A stretch of DNA of 64,000 nucleotides, taken from NCBI GenBank assembly GCA_001001115.1, contig LCIO01000001.1, forward strand, positions 6,426 to 70,425, in the 5' to 3' direction. The translations under genes were made by a program, and so were the position numbers. A model generated the notes under the pieces. It ran no database searches. It saw nothing but the letters and a program-made list of their open reading frames with translations, and was not told the DNA's origin. Shown piece after piece: positions 58,578-64,000 of the stretch; the first letter of the stretch is position 1; every line of letters begins with the position of its first letter. Source of the DNA: Candidatus Wolfebacteria bacterium GW2011_GWA1_44_24 (lineage in GTDB: Bacteria > Patescibacteriota > Minisyncoccia > UBA6257 > UBA9933).

Positions 58578-59804
58578 TTAATAATCTTCCAAAGCTTTGA
58601 TTTTCCCGTGTTTTTTAATTTTCTCCAGCGATTTGGCTTCTATTTGGCGAATCCGTTCGCGAGTAACATTGAATTTTTTTCCAACCTCTTCCAATGTGTG
58701 AGTGATGCTGTCTTCCAAACCAAAACGCATTTTCAGTATCTCTTGTTCCCGAGGAGACAAGTCAACCAAAATTTCGTTGATTTTATCCTTCAATAACAAA
58801 CGGGAAACTAATTGAGTCGAAGTCGGACTTTTATCGTCTTTGACAATTTCCGCTAAAGTTGAATCTTCATCTTCTTCTCCTATCGGCGATTCAAGAGACA
58901 TCACTTCTTGGGAAATCTTCTGGATATGATGGATTTTTTCGATATTCATTCCCATTTCAATGGCAATTTCTTCGGCCAACGGTTCCCGCCCCAATTCCTG
59001 CGAGAGTCGCCTCTTCATTTGGGTGTATTTGGAAATCGTTTCAATCATATGAACCGGTATTCTGATAGTGCGCGACTGGTCGGCTAAAGCCCTGGTAATG
59101 GCCTGCCTGATCCACCAAGTGGCGTATGTGGAAAATTTAAACCCCCGGCGGTAATCGAATTTTTCCACCGCTTTGGCAAGGCCGATGTTGCCTTCCTGAA
59201 TTAAATCAAGAATACCGAGATTCGGCGTGCGGTAAATATAACGTTTGGCAATGGAAACCACTAACCGCAAATTGGCGCGAATAAGTTTTTGACGGCATTC
59301 TTCATCGCCTTTTTCTATTCGTTTAGCCAACTCTTTTTCTTCGTTGCCGTTGATCAGCGAAGTTTTCCCGATTTCCCGAAGATACATCTGAACCGCGTCG
59401 GGCACATCCACCCCCTCGATTTCGGTCGCTTTTTTCAGTTCTTTTGCGCTTACCTCTTCTTTTCCCGACACTTCAATCAACTGGGAAGTTTCAATCGTTT
59501 TGATGCCGGCTTTTTCCAGACGAGAATAAATTTCATCGAGAAAACTTATGTCTTTTTCAATATTCGGAAAATAATTAAGAATTTCCGTGTCTGTAACAAA
59601 ACCCCGCGGCCGGCCGCGTTTAATGAGTTCTCCAATCAGCGACTCGTCAAGCTTAAACTTCTTCTTTGGCGATTTTGATTTTTTAGCAAATTTTTTCTTT
59701 GGGGCCGATTTTCCAACTCTTCTTTTTTTTAACGTTCTTATTTTTTTCTTTTTCCCACTTTTCCTTTCTGCAATTCTTTTATTTTTTATTTTATTTTTTC
59801 TCAT
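58578..59804 (-). CDS. rpoD: primary sigma factor sigma70 with Lys-rich N-terminal extension
   Basis: [36 protein letters not shown]; downstream of dnaG. Confidence 0.95.
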   Translation of the reverse strand: MRKNKIKNKRIAERKSGKKKKIRTLKKRRVGKSAPKKKFAKKSKSPKKKFKLDESLIGELIKRGRPRGFVTDTEILNYFPNIEKDISFLDEIYSRLEKAGIKTIETSQLIEVSGKEEVSAKELKKATEIEGVDVPDAVQMYLREIGKTSLINGNEEKELAKRIEKGDEECRQKLIRANLRLVVSIAKRYIYRTPNLGILDLIQEGNIGLAKAVEKFDYRRGFKFSTYATWWIRQAITRALADQSRTIRIPVHMIETISKYTQMKRRLSQELGREPLAEEIAIEMGMNIEKIHHIQKISQEVMSLESPIGEEDEDSTLAEIVKDDKSPTSTQLVSRLLLKDKINEILVDLSPREQEILKMRFGLEDSITHTLEEVGKKFNVTRERIRQIEAKSLEKIKKHGKIKALEDY

Positions 59805-59861
59805 TTTTTATTTTTTAGTAAACCCATTACACAAAGATTCACCGTCGGTAAAACTCCAAAA

Positions 59862-61610
59862 TTATGTGGTGGGTCTATTATGAATTATTTTGGAAATCTC
59901 GTCAAATTCTTTAAGAATTGACGATATTTTTTCTTCGTCTTCGCTTTTTTCGGCTTCTTTCAATAATTTCGTCATTTCTTCCCGTTTTTCCTTGAAATAC
60001 TCCGAGTGAAGATGACCGAGGAGTTCTTGATATTCAAAATTTATTTTTTCTTCTTCAAAATTTTGAAATTCAAAAGAAGAGCGGAGTGAAATCAAATTTA
60101 AAAGATTAAGCAGGCGTTCGTCTTTCAATTTTGTTCTATTAATCAAACTTTCCGCAATGGCCAAATAATCGTTAGGCAGGTAATTAAGGTAATTTTTCAT
60201 TTGATTCCGCCATTCGTCTTTAACCATCATTAATCCTATTAATCTTTGAATAATCGTTTCGCGTCGCGAGTTCAATTGGATTATCTGTCGGTTAATTGGC
60301 TGACCGGCATCTAAGCCGCTTAGCCGGTTTATTAATTTCAATTGTTTCATTTCATCCGCCAGCGCTTCTTCTTTCACTCCGGTTTTCAGGGAAAGTTCCT
60401 TAAGCCAATGGGATTGTTCAATCGGACTTGCCAGATTTTTTATTTTTTCCAAAATAATTCGAAGATTTTTTTTAAATTCGCTTAAATCTTTTTTTTCTTT
60501 TCCTTCCGACAAATAACGGCTGAAATAAAATTCCATCGCCGATTCGGATTTTTTTATCAAATTGGCCAGGATTCCAGGCTTTTTTGCCGCTACTTCGGCC
60601 GGATCTTTGTATTCGTCGAGAGTCAAAATTTTCACGCTGAAATCGAGACTATTGGCTAAATCAATGCTTCTCTCTGCGGCTTTGAATCCGGCCTCGTCGT
60701 TGTCAAAGCAAAAAACAAGATTTTCCGTTTGCCGACGCAAAGTTTTCAAATGGTCAGGCGTCAATGCGGTGCCGGAAACGGCCGCCGTGTTTTTTACGCC
60801 GTCTTGATGAGCCATCAGAAAATCCATCTGGCCTTCGACCAAAACCGCCGAATTTTCTTCCCGAATAAATTTTTTACTCGCGTAAAATCCGTAAAGGATT
60901 TTTGATTTGCTGAAAATCGGAGTTTCCGGACTGTTGACATATTTTCCCATTTCGCCAGTATCGAATTTCGGCATAATTCTTCCGGAAAATCCGATTGTTT
61001 TGCCGAAATGATTATGAATGGGAAACATTATCCGATTGCGAAATCTGTCAACATAATTTCCTTTTTCGGTTTTAAAATTCAATCCGGCTCTTTCTATGTC
61101 TTTTACCGCAAATCCTTTCTTAATCAAAACAAGAGTCAGCTGGTCAAATCCTTGAGGAGCAAAACCCAACTCAAACTCTTCAATGGTTTCTTTTTTTAGT
61201 CCCCGGTCATAAAGATATTCCAACGCCTCCTTGTTCTTTTCATCCGCCAACTGGAGGATAAAAAAATCTTTGGCGGCATCGTTGATTTCATACAAAATTT
61301 CAAATTGCCTTTGTTCCATCGGACTGGTTTTTTTTAATTCCACGCCGGCTTTTTCCGCCAAGATTTTCAAAGCCTCATAAAATTCCAGATTTTCATATTT
61401 CATCAAAAATTTGAAAACATCGCCGCCCTCGGAACAAGAACCGAAACAATGCCAAGTCTGCCGCTCCGGCGAAATAATAAAAGAAGGCGTTTTTTCTTTG
61501 TGAAACGGGCAAAGCGCTTTGAAATTTTTGCCTGCCGGCGAAAGCGGAATATAAGAACGGATGAATTCAACGATATCAATCTTATCTTTAATTTGTTCGA
61601 TTGGAGTCAT
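59862..61610 (-). CDS. dnaG: DNA primase
   Basis: CPFH..KTPSF Zn finger, FRNRIMFPI, KYVNSPET, VEGQMD, FDND.AG. Confidence 0.96.
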   Translation of the reverse strand: MTPIEQIKDKIDIVEFIRSYIPLSPAGKNFKALCPFHKEKTPSFIISPERQTWHCFGSCSEGGDVFKFLMKYENLEFYEALKILAEKAGVELKKTSPMEQRQFEILYEINDAAKDFFILQLADEKNKEALEYLYDRGLKKETIEEFELGFAPQGFDQLTLVLIKKGFAVKDIERAGLNFKTEKGNYVDRFRNRIMFPIHNHFGKTIGFSGRIMPKFDTGEMGKYVNSPETPIFSKSKILYGFYASKKFIREENSAVLVEGQMDFLMAHQDGVKNTAAVSGTALTPDHLKTLRRQTENLVFCFDNDEAGFKAAERSIDLANSLDFSVKILTLDEYKDPAEVAAKKPGILANLIKKSESAMEFYFSRYLSEGKEKKDLSEFKKNLRIILEKIKNLASPIEQSHWLKELSLKTGVKEEALADEMKQLKLINRLSGLDAGQPINRQIIQLNSRRETIIQRLIGLMMVKDEWRNQMKNYLNYLPNDYLAIAESLINRTKLKDERLLNLLNLISLRSSFEFQNFEEEKINFEYQELLGHLHSEYFKEKREEMTKLLKEAEKSEDEEKISSILKEFDEISKIIHNRPTT

Positions 61611-61659
61611 AATCTTTTGTTTTTCCTATATTTTATTATATTATGTAGAGAATAACAAA

Positions 61660-62952
61660 ATGCGCAACAATATCGTTCATATCGGCGCCGGCGAACTTAC
61701 TTATGAAATAAGGGAAATCGTCGATGTTGCCGAAAAACTGGAAAAACTGGGTATCAATATCCTTTGGGAAAATATCGGCGACCCGGTGGCCAAAGGCGAA
61801 CAAGTGCCGACTTGGATAAAAGAAGTTGTCAGGGAGGCGGTTAATGAAGATAAAAATTTCGCTTACTCGCCTACCAAGGGGCTTCTTCAAGTCCGTGAAT
61901 TTCTGGCAGAAAAATGCAATTCAAACGGCGGCGTAAAAATCACGGCCGATGATATTATTTTTTTTAACGGCTTGGGCGACGCCATTTCTAAAATTTACAC
62001 TTCCCTAAACAGGGAATCGCGGATTATCGGCCCGTCGCCGGCGTATTCCACTCATTCTTCAGCGGAAGGAGCTCATGCCGGAAGCCACCATTTGACTTAT
62101 AATTTAACGCCGGAGCTTGGCTGGCTGCCGGACATCAACGATTTGCGGAATAAAGTCCGCTATAATCCGGCCGTTTCCGGCATATTGATTATTAATCCCG
62201 ACAATCCGACCGGCATGATTTATCCGACCCGCGTTCTCAAAGAAATCGTAAAAATCGCCAAAGAATACGATTTATTTATTATCTCCGACGAAATTTACGC
62301 TAACATTATTTTTGGCAGCGGAGAAACCGCCAAATTATCGGAGGTCATCAATGAAATTCCGGGTATTGCCATGAAAGGCATTTCCAAAGAACTCCCCTGG
62401 CCAGGAGCGCGTTGCGGCTGGATTGAAGTTTATAACAAAAACAAAGACTCGATTTTCGCCAGATACGTAAAATCGATTGTTGACGCCAAAATGCTCGAGG
62501 TCTGTTCAACTACCCTGCCTCAAGCCGTTATTCCCAAAATCATGTCCGACCCGCGATATGGAACGCACTTAAAAGAAAGAAATGAAAGATATGGAAAACG
62601 GGCTGAACTCGCTTATAAAATTATCAATTCAATCGAGGGCGTCATCGCGCCAAAACCCTCGGGCGCTTTTTATATGTCCATTATCTTTAAAGACGGCGTT
62701 CTAAATAACCGACAAAAATTGAAGATTGAAAACGAAAAAGCCGGGCAATTAGTGGAAGAAATTTCAAAGAATGTGGCGCCGGATAAAAGATTCGCCTACT
62801 ATTTAATGGCCGCCAGCGGCATCTGCGTCGTGCCCTTGACCGGTTTTAATTCCGATTTATACGGCTTTAGAATAACTCTCCTTGAACCCGATGAAGAAAA
62901 ATTCAAACAAATTCTTTCAACTTTGGCGGAGAAAATCAACGAATATTTATAA
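61660..62952 (+). CDS. PLP-dependent class I/II aminotransferase (AlaA-like)
   Basis: NIGDP, INPDNPTG, DEIY, SK...PGARCGW; start at ATG 61660. Confidence 0.88.
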   Translation: MRNNIVHIGAGELTYEIREIVDVAEKLEKLGINILWENIGDPVAKGEQVPTWIKEVVREAVNEDKNFAYSPTKGLLQVREFLAEKCNSNGGVKITADDIIFFNGLGDAISKIYTSLNRESRIIGPSPAYSTHSSAEGAHAGSHHLTYNLTPELGWLPDINDLRNKVRYNPAVSGILIINPDNPTGMIYPTRVLKEIVKIAKEYDLFIISDEIYANIIFGSGETAKLSEVINEIPGIAMKGISKELPWPGARCGWIEVYNKNKDSIFARYVKSIVDAKMLEVCSTTLPQAVIPKIMSDPRYGTHLKERNERYGKRAELAYKIINSIEGVIAPKPSGAFYMSIIFKDGVLNNRQKLKIENEKAGQLVEEISKNVAPDKRFAYYLMAASGICVVPLTGFNSDLYGFRITLLEPDEEKFKQILSTLAEKINEYL

Positions 62953-62963
62953 GCCTCTCACTT

Positions 62964-63653
62964 ATGAAAATTCTGGAAATTAAAAATCTCAATGTCAGAC
63001 TTGGCGGTACAAAAGTTTTGGAAGACATAAATTTTGAAGTGGAAAAGGGTGAGGTTTTGGCGATTATCGGACCCAATGGCGCGGGGAAGACCGTTTTGCT
63101 CAAGACACTGCTTGGCATTCTGCCGTATAAAGGCGAAATTAAATGGCAACCGAACATCAAAATCGGCTATGTGCCCCAACGAATGGACATCGAAACCGAT
63201 ATTCCCTTGACGGTCGCGGAATTTTTGAAATTGCGCGGTAAAATCGTAAGCGACGAAAACATCAAAGAGAAATTGAAAAATGTGGGACTTAATGAAAATA
63301 TTCTGAAATCCGGCCTGGGCAAAATTTCCATCGGCCAAAGACAAAGAATTTTAGTCGCTTTTTCGACATTAAACGACCCCGATGTTCTGCTTTTTGATGA
63401 ACCAACCGCCGATATCGACATCGCCGGCCAAGAATCTATTTATAAAATGCTTCATCAATTGCAGAAAAGTTTTGATTTCACGGTTATTCTTGTTTCTCAC
63501 GACCTTAACGTTGTTTATCGTTACGCGGATAAAGTGCTTTGTTTGAACAAAAAAAACATTTGCCTGGGAACGCCAAAGGAAATTTTCAACACCGAACAAT
63601 TATTGAATCTCTACGGCGGAGAAAAAGGATTTTACGCGCATAAACACCAATGA
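62964..63653 (+). CDS. Mn/Zn ABC transporter ATP-binding protein (ZnuC-like)
   Basis: GPNGAGKT, IGYVPQ, DEPT, VSHD; C-terminal His residues. Confidence 0.88.
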   Translation: MKILEIKNLNVRLGGTKVLEDINFEVEKGEVLAIIGPNGAGKTVLLKTLLGILPYKGEIKWQPNIKIGYVPQRMDIETDIPLTVAEFLKLRGKIVSDENIKEKLKNVGLNENILKSGLGKISIGQRQRILVAFSTLNDPDVLLFDEPTADIDIAGQESIYKMLHQLQKSFDFTVILVSHDLNVVYRYADKVLCLNKKNICLGTPKEIFNTEQLLNLYGGEKGFYAHKHQ

Positions 63654-64000
63654 GTATTTTAATTCAATCTATTATCGTTTCGATTTTCGTCGCCGCGGCC
63701 GCCAGCCTGCTTGGTTCGTTTGCCATTCTCAAAAGAATGGCTTTGGTGGGCGATGCTTTAAGCCATGTGGCTTTGCCGGGAATCGCCTTGGCGCTGATTT
63801 TCAATTTCAATCCGTTTCTGGGAGCCGTAATTTTTCTGATTGCGGCCGTTACCGGCATTTGGTTTCTCGAGTACAAAAGTGACTTGTCGGTGGAAACTCT
63901 TGTCGGCGTGTTTTTTGCCGCTAGTTTGGCTTTGGGAGCCGTCATTACGCCCGAACATGAATTGCTGGAAACGCTTTTGGGAAATATTGCCTCTTTAACC
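63650..64000 (+). CDS. Mn/Zn ABC transporter permease (ZnuB-like), partial
   Basis: ATG 63650: MSILIQSIIVSIFVAAAASLLGSFAILKRMALVGDALSHVALPG, with the DALSH motif; runs off the window. Confidence 0.88.
   Translation, partial: MSILIQSIIVSIFVAAAASLLGSFAILKRMALVGDALSHVALPGIALALIFNFNPFLGAVIFLIAAVTGIWFLEYKSDLSVETLVGVFFAASLALGAVITPEHELLETLLGNIASLT

Noticed and set aside
1..64000. Alternative genetic code (TGA read as Gly)
   Set aside because: TGA ends conserved genes at their expected C-termini (e.g. rplO, rplN, rplC, rplQ) and genes are intact under code 11.

Overview
AT-rich core-genome segment of a Patescibacteria (CPR) bacterium, most likely Parcubacteria. This placement is inferred from the missing uL30 between rpsE and rplO, RpoA without a C-terminal domain, short DnaX and AlaRS, and CPR-type hypothetical proteins; the genetic code is standard code 11. 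Most genes are on the minus strand. They include a remodelled dcw cluster (mraY, an amidohydrolase-like gene, ftsW, murG, gltX, a small ORF, murC), scpAB, prfB-ftsEX, several tRNA synthetases, a complete S10/spc cluster, and an alpha operon plus tuf placed upstream of S10, then alaS, rpoD, dnaG and a metal ABC transporter. Two tRNAs (Gln-TTG, Thr-CGT) are present. The main unexplained signal is a pair of related non-coding elements (19205-19632 and 34143-34286). They share ~26-bp terminal inverted repeats, 7-bp flanking direct repeats and a ~65-bp core, consistent with a non-autonomous IS481-like (MITE) family. The larger copy contains a ~240-nt nested hairpin with alternative pairings. Other points of interest: an Arr-like ADP-ribosyltransferase candidate facing a DUF4258/RelE-like gene, a probably inactive amidohydrolase in the murD slot, many apparently leaderless genes, an attenuator-like rplC leader, and in-frame heptamer/palindrome micro-insertions in housekeeping genes. 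All calls come from reading the sequence by eye; no database searches were run.
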